The translations under genes were made by a program, and so were the position numbers. Below, piece after piece: positions 21,490 through 31,689 of a stretch of 64,000 nt of DNA (positions within the stretch are counted from its first letter, which is position 1; each line of letters begins with the position of its first letter). The notes beneath the pieces were generated by a model. It saw nothing but the letters and a program-made list of their open reading frames with translations. It searched no databases and was not told where the DNA came from. Origin of the DNA: Rubripirellula sp. (GTDB taxonomy: Bacteria; Planctomycetota; Planctomycetia; Pirellulales; Pirellulaceae); contig OZ244207.1 of the NCBI GenBank assembly GCA_965216875.1, forward strand, positions 96,001-160,000, written 5' to 3'.

Positions 21490-21689
21490 CACAGGATTCA
21501 GGGTCCTTCCGTAATTGGCGTCAGTTTTTGGGCTGCCCATTGTGTGATCCCAATCTCCGCGTTTGAAGCACCGGCTAATCACCCGGAAGTGTACAGGTGT
21601 TCATTTCGGCGTCAAGTACTTTTTCTAAGGGGCCTCGGCCGCGATGGGCTGGCAGCGAAGAGAATGCCAGGGCCGACGCCAGTGCCTTC

Positions 21690-21833
21690 GTAGCTACGCT
21701 CGCCAGAGCGTGGTCATACTGCGAGAGCGATCTAGCGATGGAAACCACCTTCTGGCGAAGGTTGCTTCCCATAGCGGAAAGCGTCCGAAGAGTGCGTTCC
21801 CACGCAGCGTCACGAGGGTGCGCGTGGGAACGA
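21690..21833. repeat. Family B REP doublet (REPIN-like) plus a family D unit
   Basis: GTAGCTACGCTCGCCAGAGCGTGG 21690-21713, 31-nt spacer, CCACCTTCTGGCGAAGGTTGCTTC 21745-21768; then CGTTCCCACGC...GCGTGGGAACGAG. Confidence 0.85.
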
Positions 21834-21849
21834 GGTTCAACAGCGTTGG

Positions 21850-24800
21850 CTAGAACAACGACGATTCCGCGAGCAGCTCGTCCAAGGCAGCATCGTTGAT
21901 GGCATCGTCGTCATCGTCCTGGATGAGCTCGCCGGCAAAGACAGGCCTGTCATCGTTGATTCCGTTGATGACCAACAACGCGTCAAGCGATGTGACGATG
22001 CCATCGGCCGAAGTATCCACAAAGCCGAAGAATGGCACAGCGTGGTCCAGTGCACTTGCGCCGGAGCCATAGCGTCCCATGAAATTGATGACGATCAATG
22101 CATCGACGGGGGAAACGTCGTCATTCGCATCGACATCCAGGGTGTCTCTCTGATTGGTCAAAGGAGTAGCACCGAGTTCAACTGCGACCGTCAGCGGAGT
22201 TTCACTAAACAGATCAAGAGGTCCTGGCTCGAAAGCTCGCACGGTCAGCTCATAGGTGCCCGCATCTGTTGGCCTCGGAAGCCCGGACAACGTTCGGCTT
22301 GCTTCGTCAAAATCGAGCCATTCGGGAAGTGAACCGTTGGCATCAAAGATCGCGATCGAAAACTCACGGCCTTCCGGGTCAACGATGAGGTCTTCGGGCA
22401 GGACGTATTCAAGTGGCTGTCCGCTACCGAGCGTGTCGATGGTCGGTGCCGCCGCCGTGAAGACGGGTGGTTCGTTGACGTCGTTGAGCAGCACGGCGAT
22501 GGTGCCGGTATTGGTCAACCCGCCGCTGTCAGTGACGCGAACTTGAAGTTCAAGCGGATCGGAGGGCACGTCGGCATCGAAGGTTGCACCGTTTGCAACG
22601 GTCAACACTCTGGTGTTCGGGTCGAGGTCAAAGAGTGACTGCGCGTTACCGCCGATGATCACGGTGGTTGCAAAGTCGACTTGGTCCTCGTCGCGCACCT
22701 GAACTTCCACTTTGCCAACTGGCGTGCCTGGGGTTGCCAGTTCCGACACGATCACTTCGTCGGTGATCAACGAGGGTGCGTCGTTTTCGTCGCGAAGGTT
22801 GACCGTCAAACGTTGAACCGAGGCGGGGTCACCCGCAGCGGTCAACTCAAAATCGATTTCAAAAGTCGGGTCCGTTTCAAAATCGAGCACCGCTCCTGCG
22901 CGAACGGTCAGTTCATTGCTGGTCGGATCAAACGTGAAGTTCGACGCGTCTGCAGAGTTCAGCATGCGAATTGCATAGTCCGCGATCACATTCTCTGGAT
23001 CGTGACCTTGAAGTGTTGCGACGGGAGTTCCTGCAGCCGCGTTTTCGACCAATTCGACCGATCCTGGGCTCAGGATTCCGGGTTCGTTGACGTTGTTGAT
23101 CAACAATGTGATGGTCGCTTGGCTCGCCTCGGGCGGTTGTCCGTTGTCGCTGACACGAACATCAAGGGTGTAGCTTGTCGCCGTTTCGAAATCGACGACC
23201 GCTCCTGGGCGAACAAAAATCGCTCCGTCGTCGCTGACGTCAAAGATGGCGTCCCCGCTACCGCCAAGCAGCTCAAAGGCGTGCTGTTGGTCACTATCTG
23301 GGTCGGCCACAAGCAACTGCGCGACGGTGCCGACGCTGTTCTCGCGAACCAAGAACGCCGTCGAGCTGATCAGAGGTGTGTCGTTCTGATCAATGACATG
23401 GATGACTTGCGTGTACGACGTGACAGCCGGGGTCGGCGCGCTATCGCGAATCAGGACGTTGAGTTCGAGTCGGTCTTGCTGTTCAAAATCGATGCCAGCT
23501 TCATTGATGAGTGTGATCAGGCCATTGGAATCATCGACGTTGAAGATCCCTGCCCCCGATCCACCGATGACGGTGAAGGTCAGATCGTTGTCCATCGTAT
23601 CGGGGTCGGCTGCTTGAATCTGTCCAATCGCCGTTCCATTGATCGTGCCTTCTGCCACCTCGAAGACTTCCGCGTCGACGATTGGGTCCTCGTTGACATC
23701 AAGTAGATTGATCAAGACGTTGGCGGTGTCGCTTGCTCCCAATGGATCGGTCACCGAAACGGTCAAGGCGAGCATCGGAGTCTGCTCGAAGTCGAGCACC
23801 GCATTGGGCGCGACGCTCAAGATCCCGCTCACAGGGTCAATGAGGAATCCTAGATCCTCTCCCGATTCGATCGCAAAGGTCGATGATTGAGGGTCGGGGT
23901 CCTGACTCGTGATGGCACCAATTTCGGTTCCGGGTGGCGCGTTTTCGTCGACTGCAAAAATGAACTCGTCATCGAGCGATGGGGCACTGTTTTGACGCAG
24001 CAGGAAATCGATTTGAAGGTTTTCGTTGTCGGTGATCCGAGCCATCTGACCACTGCCACCAATCAAACCTTCGGATTCGCCGTCTTGCAAAACGGTGATG
24101 TCGTAGTTGCCTGGCCGCAAATAGGGCAACTCATACATGCCTTGCGCGTTGCTGATTCCCGCTGCTTCGCTTTGCACATAGGCGAAGTTATCGAATCGAG
24201 CCAGCGACGCACTGCCACGAATGTTCTCGGCGTACGCGACCGCGAAGGCAATGTCCTCGTCCGCGGAGGTGACGGTCACCGTCGTTCGTTGTTGACGAAT
24301 GACGACATCGCTGACGTTGGTTGCGACCAATTCGCCAGCCGCGTTGTAGGCGGCGAGCCTTCCATAGGTCGCACCAAAGACTCCCTCAGCACCGATGACC
24401 TGAATCGAAACTTCCTTGGCAGGACGGTAGAGGTCAAATCGAAGCCGGCGTGTGCTTTGGAACGTGTCGGTGGGCGGCGGATCGTCGCCACCCACTTGAG
24501 CTGCCGCAAAGATTCGATTGAACAGCGTGGCATTCCCCGCCGTCTCACGAACGCTTTCCACAGGGAAGCCAAGGATCTGGTTGTTGGACCCCGCCGTCGA
24601 AATCGTCACGCCTTCAAAGGCATTGCGAATGGGATGAGGGCCCGTCGGATCGGCTGGGTTGATGGCTTGGTTCGGATCGACGACGAAATTGACGTCGTCT
24701 CGCTGCTGATTTCCGTTGAGGTCTGCAAAGACCGTGACGTTGGCAAGCGGCTCAGGATTGCTCACCACACCAACAGGGTTGTTCGGTGGCAGGAACTCAA

Positions 24801-27402
24801 CCGTGCCACGAACGCCGCCCACGAAATTGCTCTTACCAAGATGGTCGGCATCTCGTCCGCTGAACGCAGGGTGACTCGGATCGCCATTTTGACCCGCCAA
24901 GAATTCAAACGCCAAAGCACGCCCGGTGTTGGGATCGACACCCGTCGAATAGACGTCACCAAAGACCCAATCATCAACCCGGCTACCGACGGAGTCTCCG
25001 ATCCGGGCAGCGTAGCCTGATCCGAGTGCCCGCGAAACCTCAACGCCACTTTCGACGATCACGTTCAACCGGTTCGGCGGAGCGGTGTCTTGCAAGAGGA
25101 TTTGGCCATAGGCTTGGCGACTGGTCACGCCGCCAGGGTGAATGGAAACCGAATCGCGAATCTCCCAGTCAGCAAGTAGTCCGGTGGAGTCAGCGCGACC
25201 ATCCTGGTTTGCGTCGATCGATTCACCCACAACCGGTGGGACCGATGACGTGATCAAGAAGTAGCCGTTGGCGCCGCCGTCGCCGTTGAGTCGATTGGCT
25301 CCGTCATCGGCGTCAGAATAAATGTCGCCAGGCAATCCACCGAATCCGGCTGAGGTCGACGCCAAGGTCAGGCTCGCCGGATCTGTCACACTCAAGCTGT
25401 CGAGCTGAACCAAATTCAAGAAGCCATTGGCGCCCAGTGCTTGGTCGCTCAAATCGATCACGGTGTGAATCGTGCCCGCCGCGTTGTTGTCTTCGTCCAC
25501 AACAACGAAGTAGGTGTTCGCTGGGATCTTGCCCCCGGCAGGGCCGCGGATCTCGAGGTACTGGTCTCTATCGGGACTGCCCATCTGCGGATCAAGCATG
25601 ATCTCGTTGATGTAGTAACCAGGGTCACCTCGATCAATCCCCACGGGGATCGAGTCTGCAAGGCCAAAGTCGACATTGGTCCGCGTCTCATCGCCAAGGT
25701 TGACCAAATGCGGTACATCACCGAATCGATTGTGTTGCAGCGACTCGGCGTCCAAACGACTCTGCGCGAGCAGTGGACCAGAGGACACATTTCCGGTGTC
25801 GGGGTCAACAAGTAACGATTGCGTGTTTCCGGGAGATGCGTCGTCGAGCATCAAGAAACCGTTGCCGTCAAAGGCAAGCGACGTGCTGTCGATTGGCAAA
25901 TTGGCGGTTGCCAACAACCGACCGACACCGTCCGTTTCAAACTCAAAGAATTGATCGGTCGAATTGCTGAATCCAACGACGCGTTGACTTACGTAGTCAA
26001 ATGCCAGATCGCTGACCGTTCCGACGCCAGCCAGTCCGCCAGCGCCAAGCGATTGGATCGGTGCGGCGATCGCGTCATAGGCGGCTCCAGGCGTTGTCCC
26101 GGAATCGAGGACGGTGCCCGCCCCGGTTTCGGGGTCGATTTGAATCACACTCTGACTTGCGCTGTTGGTGGTCGCGAACAGCGAACCGTCTGCGGCCACG
26201 GTCAGTGATCGCAATTCACCTGCGCCCGAGAAGGCTGGATTGGGCAATTGCGTTGCCCGCCCCGTATCAGGATCGACGGTAAAAAGGTGCGAAGCATTAA
26301 TGACGTAGTGGACGCCATCGGGACCAATGTCAAACCCCGTGACCGCAATCGGACGCGAAAACAGATCGCGGATCGGAACCGGATTGCTTGTCGCGCCGGT
26401 CGTCGTGTCGATTCGATAGAGTGTCGAATTGGTTTCCGAGACACCCATCAGCTGGTCAAGGCGATTGAATCCGATGGCTGAGATTGCGCGATCGAGATTT
26501 GCGACTGTGTTTCCCGCAGCATCGGCTTCGGTCACCGCGTAGCGGTTGAGCGTACTTGATGCCGAGACGCCGAACAGCACACCATCGCTTCGAGCGTCAA
26601 GCGACTGCGAACGTGGCGGCAAGGTGCTGCCAGGGACCAACGTCGCGTTTTCTGTTGCCAAATCAAAATTGTAGAACCGACGTGAAAAGTTCATGACCAG
26701 CAGATCGGTCGGCGTTACTGCGGCTGTCGACCCGAGCTGACCAGAAAAGCGATTGACCGTTGCAATCGATACATCGCCATCAACGTTGATCACCGTATAG
26801 ATAGTGTCGGTGCCGGCGTCGTAGGCGAGGCCTGATTCAAGATCGACACCCGCCCGCGAAAGCTCGGTCTGGGCCCCAGTGATGGGATCAAGCGAATAGA
26901 TGGTGTCGCTGGTTGCGTTGATCCCCAACAACGAACCGTCGTTGGTACGGACCACGTCATCCATGTTCACGGAGTGAAAGCTAGGAAAGAACTGTGCGAA
27001 TCCGTCTTGGGCAAGATCGAACACGCGGTTGGATCCAAGGCCCTGGGTCCCTGATCCAATGAAGTTGGTGGGAAAGGTCTGGACTCCGCCCGACGAATCG
27101 ATTCGCACCCGGTAGCCGCGTGGTGCGATGTTCTCAAAAGAGTACTCACCGTTGGCGTCGGTGAAGGTCGATGGTTCGTTCGGGTCGGCCTGACGGTTGT
27201 TGTTGAAGTCGACGTAAACCTGGACATTCTGTGCGCCTGATTCCGCCGGGTCTCGGACACCGTCGGAGTTGTCGTCAACAAACACCGTGCCCGTTATCGC
27301 GGCTAACAAACAACGTTGTTCAAGCGATTCAAAAAGCGTTCGTCGTTTGCTACGTTTCCGGTCCTTTTTCGATGCCGCTACTCGCGCTGCTGAATGGATC
27401 AT
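21850..27402 (-). CDS. Giant extracellular adhesin-like protein: planctomycete-extracellular leader, SdrD-B-like domains, beta-propeller, lamin-tail-like domain, about 5 cadherin repeats, Ig-like domain, C-terminal dockerin-like domain
   Basis: KRRTLFESLEQRCLLA; ITGTVFVDDNSDGVRD...TDANGEYSF; YINEI...QYLEIRG; repeated LDFE/VDFE...DVNE-P cadherin signatures; LPEWLDFD...LSGLP; DVDANDDVSPVDALIVIN and DTSADGIVTSLDALLVIN. Confidence 0.9.
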   Translation of the reverse strand: MIHSAARVAASKKDRKRSKRRTLFESLEQRCLLAAITGTVFVDDNSDGVRDPAESGAQNVQVYVDFNNNRQADPNEPSTFTDANGEYSFENIAPRGYRVRIDSSGGVQTFPTNFIGSGTQGLGSNRVFDLAQDGFAQFFPSFHSVNMDDVVRTNDGSLLGINATSDTIYSLDPITGAQTELSRAGVDLESGLAYDAGTDTIYTVINVDGDVSIATVNRFSGQLGSTAAVTPTDLLVMNFSRRFYNFDLATENATLVPGSTLPPRSQSLDARSDGVLFGVSASSTLNRYAVTEADAAGNTVANLDRAISAIGFNRLDQLMGVSETNSTLYRIDTTTGATSNPVPIRDLFSRPIAVTGFDIGPDGVHYVINASHLFTVDPDTGRATQLPNPAFSGAGELRSLTVAADGSLFATTNSASQSVIQIDPETGAGTVLDSGTTPGAAYDAIAAPIQSLGAGGLAGVGTVSDLAFDYVSQRVVGFSNSTDQFFEFETDGVGRLLATANLPIDSTSLAFDGNGFLMLDDASPGNTQSLLVDPDTGNVSSGPLLAQSRLDAESLQHNRFGDVPHLVNLGDETRTNVDFGLADSIPVGIDRGDPGYYINEIMLDPQMGSPDRDQYLEIRGPAGGKIPANTYFVVVDEDNNAAGTIHTVIDLSDQALGANGFLNLVQLDSLSVTDPASLTLASTSAGFGGLPGDIYSDADDGANRLNGDGGANGYFLITSSVPPVVGESIDANQDGRADSTGLLADWEIRDSVSIHPGGVTSRQAYGQILLQDTAPPNRLNVIVESGVEVSRALGSGYAARIGDSVGSRVDDWVFGDVYSTGVDPNTGRALAFEFLAGQNGDPSHPAFSGRDADHLGKSNFVGGVRGTVEFLPPNNPVGVVSNPEPLANVTVFADLNGNQQRDDVNFVVDPNQAINPADPTGPHPIRNAFEGVTISTAGSNNQILGFPVESVRETAGNATLFNRIFAAAQVGGDDPPPTDTFQSTRRLRFDLYRPAKEVSIQVIGAEGVFGATYGRLAAYNAAGELVATNVSDVVIRQQRTTVTVTSADEDIAFAVAYAENIRGSASLARFDNFAYVQSEAAGISNAQGMYELPYLRPGNYDITVLQDGESEGLIGGSGQMARITDNENLQIDFLLRQNSAPSLDDEFIFAVDENAPPGTEIGAITSQDPDPQSSTFAIESGEDLGFLIDPVSGILSVAPNAVLDFEQTPMLALTVSVTDPLGASDTANVLINLLDVNEDPIVDAEVFEVAEGTINGTAIGQIQAADPDTMDNDLTFTVIGGSGAGIFNVDDSNGLITLINEAGIDFEQQDRLELNVLIRDSAPTPAVTSYTQVIHVIDQNDTPLISSTAFLVRENSVGTVAQLLVADPDSDQQHAFELLGGSGDAIFDVSDDGAIFVRPGAVVDFETATSYTLDVRVSDNGQPPEASQATITLLINNVNEPGILSPGSVELVENAAAGTPVATLQGHDPENVIADYAIRMLNSADASNFTFDPTSNELTVRAGAVLDFETDPTFEIDFELTAAGDPASVQRLTVNLRDENDAPSLITDEVIVSELATPGTPVGKVEVQVRDEDQVDFATTVIIGGNAQSLFDLDPNTRVLTVANGATFDADVPSDPLELQVRVTDSGGLTNTGTIAVLLNDVNEPPVFTAAAPTIDTLGSGQPLEYVLPEDLIVDPEGREFSIAIFDANGSLPEWLDFDEASRTLSGLPRPTDAGTYELTVRAFEPGPLDLFSETPLTVAVELGATPLTNQRDTLDVDANDDVSPVDALIVINFMGRYGSGASALDHAVPFFGFVDTSADGIVTSLDALLVINGINDDRPVFAGELIQDDDDDAINDAALDELLAESSLF

Positions 27403-27611
27403 GAGCTTCTCGGAAAAAGTGATAATGCATAAAGAACATTCAAAAACTAGTGGCGGTCACCGGCACGCTATGCGTCCGGTTGTAAGGATGATTCCGCTAA
27501 TAGGGATAAAATTGCCACCACGTGCATGAAGCCTTAGGATAGATGTGGGCTACGACCGGAACAACTGAAAAAGGGTTCGCGACCGCCAATTGGGGGTGGC
27601 GCTAAAGCGTG

Positions 27612-28673
27612 ATGGATTTCGCTGCAGATTTCACAGCCATCGACTTCGAAACAGCGAGTCGACGAACGGACAGTGCCTGTCAACTTGCGGCAGTGCGCGT
27701 GCGAGAAGGACGGATCGTTAATGAAGCGATGTGGATGATTCGCCCCCGTCCGCTGTACTTCAGCCCGATGAACATCCAGATCCATGGCATTCGCCCTGCC
27801 GACGTCAGGGATGCACCCGAGTTCGGCGACTTGTGGCCCGAAGTCCTTGATACGTTTGGTGACGATTGCCTGGTTGCGCACAACGCTGGTTTCGACATTG
27901 GCGTTCTTCTGGCATGTCTGCGGACGCATCGATTGCAGGTACCTGAAATCCAGTACACCTGTACGCGGAGCATCGCGCGCAAGGCTTGGCCAAGTCGACC
28001 GCGTTTTGGATTAAAGCCGCTTGCACAGTGGTTGGGTATTCGCTTCCAGCACCACGATGCACTCGAAGATTCCATTGCGTGTGCCAAACTTCTGTTGGCT
28101 GCAGGCATTGATGCCGAGGCGACCAGTCTTGAAGACCTTGAACGCAAGCTACGAATCAAACGGGGCTCGGCTGGTGAATGGGGCATCAAACGCCCTGGTT
28201 CGCGTTCGGCCCGGCGGAAGCCTCGGCGCGCCGATCCCCCCCAGCGACAGGTTGGCTTGCCATTCCACTGGCCCGGCCAAGAGAAACGCGTCAAAGAAAC
28301 TTCATCCGAGTATGAGTTTGGGTCGCACGAAATGCAGCGGCTGTTGATCCGCGCCGACTTCATTCGTCCACTTTCTGGCCAACGTGTCGTCTTGGCGGGG
28401 CGGTTTCGCAAGCTGGGCGATGATGAGGTCAAGACGCTGACTTTGCGGCTGGGTGGCGACTGCGACGAGCACGTGACCGATCGAACGGACATGGTGGTGG
28501 TCGGCGCGCCGCACGCCGAAGGATCCGAGGCACCGCAGAATGTGGCTCAATTGCGCCAAAACGCCGAACGTCTTCGTGCTTCGGGGAAGGCGGTCAAAAT
28601 CCTCAACGAAATCGAGTATCTCAGGCATTGCCAGGAATTGTTGGTCGGTTCGGCTGGTGCGCGCAGCCAATGA
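27612..28673 (+). CDS. DEDDh 3'-5' exonuclease (DnaQ/epsilon-like) with C-terminal BRCT domain
   Basis: AIDFETA, VAHNAGFD, HHDALEDS; BRCT-like LSGQRVVLAGRF...LGG...TDMVVVG...ILNEIEY. Confidence 0.88.
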   Translation: MDFAADFTAIDFETASRRTDSACQLAAVRVREGRIVNEAMWMIRPRPLYFSPMNIQIHGIRPADVRDAPEFGDLWPEVLDTFGDDCLVAHNAGFDIGVLLACLRTHRLQVPEIQYTCTRSIARKAWPSRPRFGLKPLAQWLGIRFQHHDALEDSIACAKLLLAAGIDAEATSLEDLERKLRIKRGSAGEWGIKRPGSRSARRKPRRADPPQRQVGLPFHWPGQEKRVKETSSEYEFGSHEMQRLLIRADFIRPLSGQRVVLAGRFRKLGDDEVKTLTLRLGGDCDEHVTDRTDMVVVGAPHAEGSEAPQNVAQLRQNAERLRASGKAVKILNEIEYLRHCQELLVGSAGARSQ

Positions 28674-28756
28674 CCCGGTTTGGGCTCTGTTAGGTTTCAG
28701 CCCCGAAAAACGACAACCCGCCACTTCCAATCTCGCCCAACGGCGCGAAAAAACCA

Positions 28757-29866
28757 ATGCGACATCCGCTGACAGCATTCATCGCGATACTCTTGGTCCT
28801 TGCCGTCCTTTCCGTTGCCCGCAAACCACTTGTGGCACAACCACCGCAAAACGCCCAACGTCCTGAACGCGAAAGTGCAACCGGCGCAAACATGCCTGCT
28901 GATGACATCGACAAGGATTCCGGTTCGAACGAAAAAGATTCGGCGGAAGGGGAATCCAACGTGACGCTACGTTGGAACCTCGCAACCAAGACCGCAGGTG
29001 GCACACAATTCTGGACGGATCACGTATGGCGCGAGGGCTACCGTATTCAACAAAACTCGCTCACCAACCATTGGCGGCTCGTCGATGCAGGCGATGTTCG
29101 CCGCGCTTGGGGCACGCGATCACAATGCGAAGAAGCGCTGCGGTTGGCCAAGCCGCCCCAAGTCAATCGAGATCCGTCGCCAGGTCAGGAAACGAAGTCT
29201 GGTGACAAGCACGTGATCGTCCTCTTGCACGGTCTGATGCGAACCCATCACTCGATGAAGCCACTTGAAGAGGCGCTGCACGCCAAGAACCACGACTTGG
29301 TGATTCGTTTCTCCTACGCGAGTACACGCCGGTCGATCAGTGATCACGCCGCGGCCTTGCGTGAAGTCATCGAGCAGTTGCCCGATGACACGCGTTTTAG
29401 TTTTGTCGGCCACAGCATGGGCAACATTGTTGTGCGTCATCTGATTGGTGACCTGCAACGAAGTGGCGACCCGCACCAAATCCTCGAGCGATGTGATTCG
29501 ATGGTCATGCTTGGCCCGCCCAATCAGGGAGCGTTGATTGCTCGACGACTTGCACCTACCGGCGTCTTTGAGTTCGTCACTGGCAAAGGCGGCATGGAAC
29601 TGGGGCCGCAATGGGAAAAACTCAAAGAGAAACTCGCCACACCGACATTTCCGTTCGCGATCATTGCCGGCGATGTCTCGGAAAACAAAGTGCAAAACCC
29701 GCTTGTCGACGGATCAAGCGACTTTGTTGTCACGGTCGAAGAATCCAAACTCGAAGGGGCCGCCATGTTTCAAGCGGTGCCGGTTCTGCACAGCTTCTTG
29801 ATGAATGACGAAACGGTGATCGAGATGACGATCGACTTTCTGGATCACCACGTCAAATCGCTCTGA
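28757..29866 (+). CDS. Secreted alpha/beta hydrolase (lipase/esterase-like)
   Basis: Signal peptide, LLHGL oxyanion region, GHSMG nucleophile elbow, LGPPNQG, late D and H residues. Confidence 0.85.
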   Translation: MRHPLTAFIAILLVLAVLSVARKPLVAQPPQNAQRPERESATGANMPADDIDKDSGSNEKDSAEGESNVTLRWNLATKTAGGTQFWTDHVWREGYRIQQNSLTNHWRLVDAGDVRRAWGTRSQCEEALRLAKPPQVNRDPSPGQETKSGDKHVIVLLHGLMRTHHSMKPLEEALHAKNHDLVIRFSYASTRRSISDHAAALREVIEQLPDDTRFSFVGHSMGNIVVRHLIGDLQRSGDPHQILERCDSMVMLGPPNQGALIARRLAPTGVFEFVTGKGGMELGPQWEKLKEKLATPTFPFAIIAGDVSENKVQNPLVDGSSDFVVTVEESKLEGAAMFQAVPVLHSFLMNDETVIEMTIDFLDHHVKSL

Positions 29867-29884
29867 TCGTTTAGCATGCTTTGT

Positions 29885-29960
29885 GTAGCTGCGCTCGCCA
29901 GAGCGTGGTGCGCTGGAGGGCGGTCACCCAACACATTCCACCTTCTGGCGAAGGTGCTAC
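29885..29960. repeat. Family B REP doublet between convergent genes
   Basis: GTAGCTGCGCTCGCCAGAGCGTGG, 29-nt spacer, CCACCTTCTGGCGAAGGTGCTAC. Confidence 0.85.
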
Positions 29961-29999
29961 CAACGGCTGACGGTAGAGATGTTTGGATCTTTCCGCTGC

Positions 30000-31019
30000 T
30001 TACGCTTTGGGCTCGTACGGTTTCGGTCGTACGACATCCTTCGCGAGTCCGACCGCTTCGAAGCACCGGATCACCCACCAGGACATATCGAATTCGAACC
30101 AGCGATGCCCATGGGCTGCCGATCGAGGTTGGGCGTGATGGTTGTTGTGCCAGCCTTCCCCGTGAGAAAACAAAGCGACTAACCAGTTGTTGGTGCTGTG
30201 TTCTCGGGTTTCATAATTGCGGTAGCCAAAGGTGTGAGCAAGCGAGTTGACGGCCCAAGTTCCGTGCAACACGAAAACCGTTCGCACGGCGACGGCCCAA
30301 AAACCCCAACTCGCGGCGTAGCGCACCGCTTCGCTCGAGCTGCCGCCAACGAAATACCCAACAATCGCACCTGCGGCGACGAACAAGAATGCGTGTGCGA
30401 TGAACACCAGTAGCCACCGGTGTTGTCGTTCAAGCTTCAAGTAAAAAGGGTCTCGCAACAGGTCGCGCACGTATCGCTCGTAGTGGCTGGTTTTGTCGAG
30501 CGATCGGTGACGGCAAACAACCCAGCCCATATGCGCCCACAGGAAGCTTGCCAGTGGTGTGTGGGGATCAGGTTGGTGATCACTGTGCTGATGATGCATG
30601 CGGTGGATGGCGACCCAACGAGCAGGGCTATCTTGAAGGTTGCACATCCCCAGTGTGGCCAGCGTGTGCTCAAGCCATTTCGGGCAGGTGAATCCGCGAT
30701 GGGTCAATAAGCGGTGGTACCCGATCGTGATTCCGAACATCCCAAACACAAAGTGCCCAAGGATTGCGAGTACCAATCCCGAGGGCGTGAAGAGGTAAGA
30801 CGCAAAGGGCGGGATGAAGGCAATCAGGCAAAGGACGTGCATCGCTGAAAGGACAATCGCGTAGTCCCACAGGATCTTGAGCGGTTGGGTTTCCTCGGGC
30901 AATGGCAGACGTTGCGGATCAACGCCACCTTCCGCTTCGGCCACCGAGGCGTCAGTCGTCTCGGCGGGATTCGAGCCGGTTTCGTCAGACAAGGATTCTT
31001 CGCACAGCGACTCAGACAT
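30000..31019 (-). CDS. Delta-9-type acyl-CoA/acyl-lipid fatty acid desaturase
   Basis: Histidine boxes HRLLTH, HRMHH and GEGWHNNHH; DPH; TM helices. Confidence 0.93.
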   Translation of the reverse strand: MSESLCEESLSDETGSNPAETTDASVAEAEGGVDPQRLPLPEETQPLKILWDYAIVLSAMHVLCLIAFIPPFASYLFTPSGLVLAILGHFVFGMFGITIGYHRLLTHRGFTCPKWLEHTLATLGMCNLQDSPARWVAIHRMHHQHSDHQPDPHTPLASFLWAHMGWVVCRHRSLDKTSHYERYVRDLLRDPFYLKLERQHRWLLVFIAHAFLFVAAGAIVGYFVGGSSSEAVRYAASWGFWAVAVRTVFVLHGTWAVNSLAHTFGYRNYETREHSTNNWLVALFSHGEGWHNNHHAQPRSAAHGHRWFEFDMSWWVIRCFEAVGLAKDVVRPKPYEPKA

Positions 31020-31208
31020 TCGGCCGATTCACTCCGTCCCAGCGGGCACGTTGGAGGTAACAGTTCGCCACGAACGTCACATCCAGAGAAAAAGCCGGCT
31101 CCCAGATGCGATGTTGGGAACCGGCTTCGGTAGTTTTGCAGATTCGCACGATTGAGGCAGCAGGAATCTTCCCGCCCGACGTGCGTCGTTTCATCGCAGA
31201 CTGATAGC

Positions 31209-31418
31209 CTACTTCTTGTCTTCGTCGTCTGCTCGTTTGACTTTCTTTTTCTTTTTCAGCGAGACTTTCTGGACGCGGACTTTAGGCATGCCCACGACTT
31301 TCTCTTCCTCGTTAAATTTGTCCAATTCCTTCAGACGAGCGATTCGCTCGGCGCGGGTGAGAACATTTCGAGTTTTGATCGCCCCAGCTTGTACCTTGAG
31401 GCTGCGATCCATAGTCAT
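31209..31418 (-). CDS. PVC-superphylum signature small basic protein (69 aa)
   Basis: MTMDRSLK...RNVLTRAERI..L........GMPKVRV followed by a poly-Lys tail; start moved to ATG 31418. Confidence 0.88.
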   Translation of the reverse strand: MTMDRSLKVQAGAIKTRNVLTRAERIARLKELDKFNEEEKVVGMPKVRVQKVSLKKKKKVKRADDEDKK

Positions 31419-31689
31419 TGCAATAAACTCTGTCGAATGCGATCGGTCGGGTTCATTTTCGGTTTCAAAGGCCCCGCAAAATAGAGGTTTGTCTCCGTTT
31501 TGACAAGGTTGCCCGAAATGACAATTCGAAATTTGATCGGATTCGTCCCGCGACCAATCCCTGGCTCTACTTGCGGCGTGCCACGATTTTGACGACAGGC
31601 GGGGCCATACCTCCACCGGGGGCCAGATTTGACGTCAATTACGGTCCTGGCGGATGGACATCGACCAGAGGCCAAGTAACCTACGGCCG

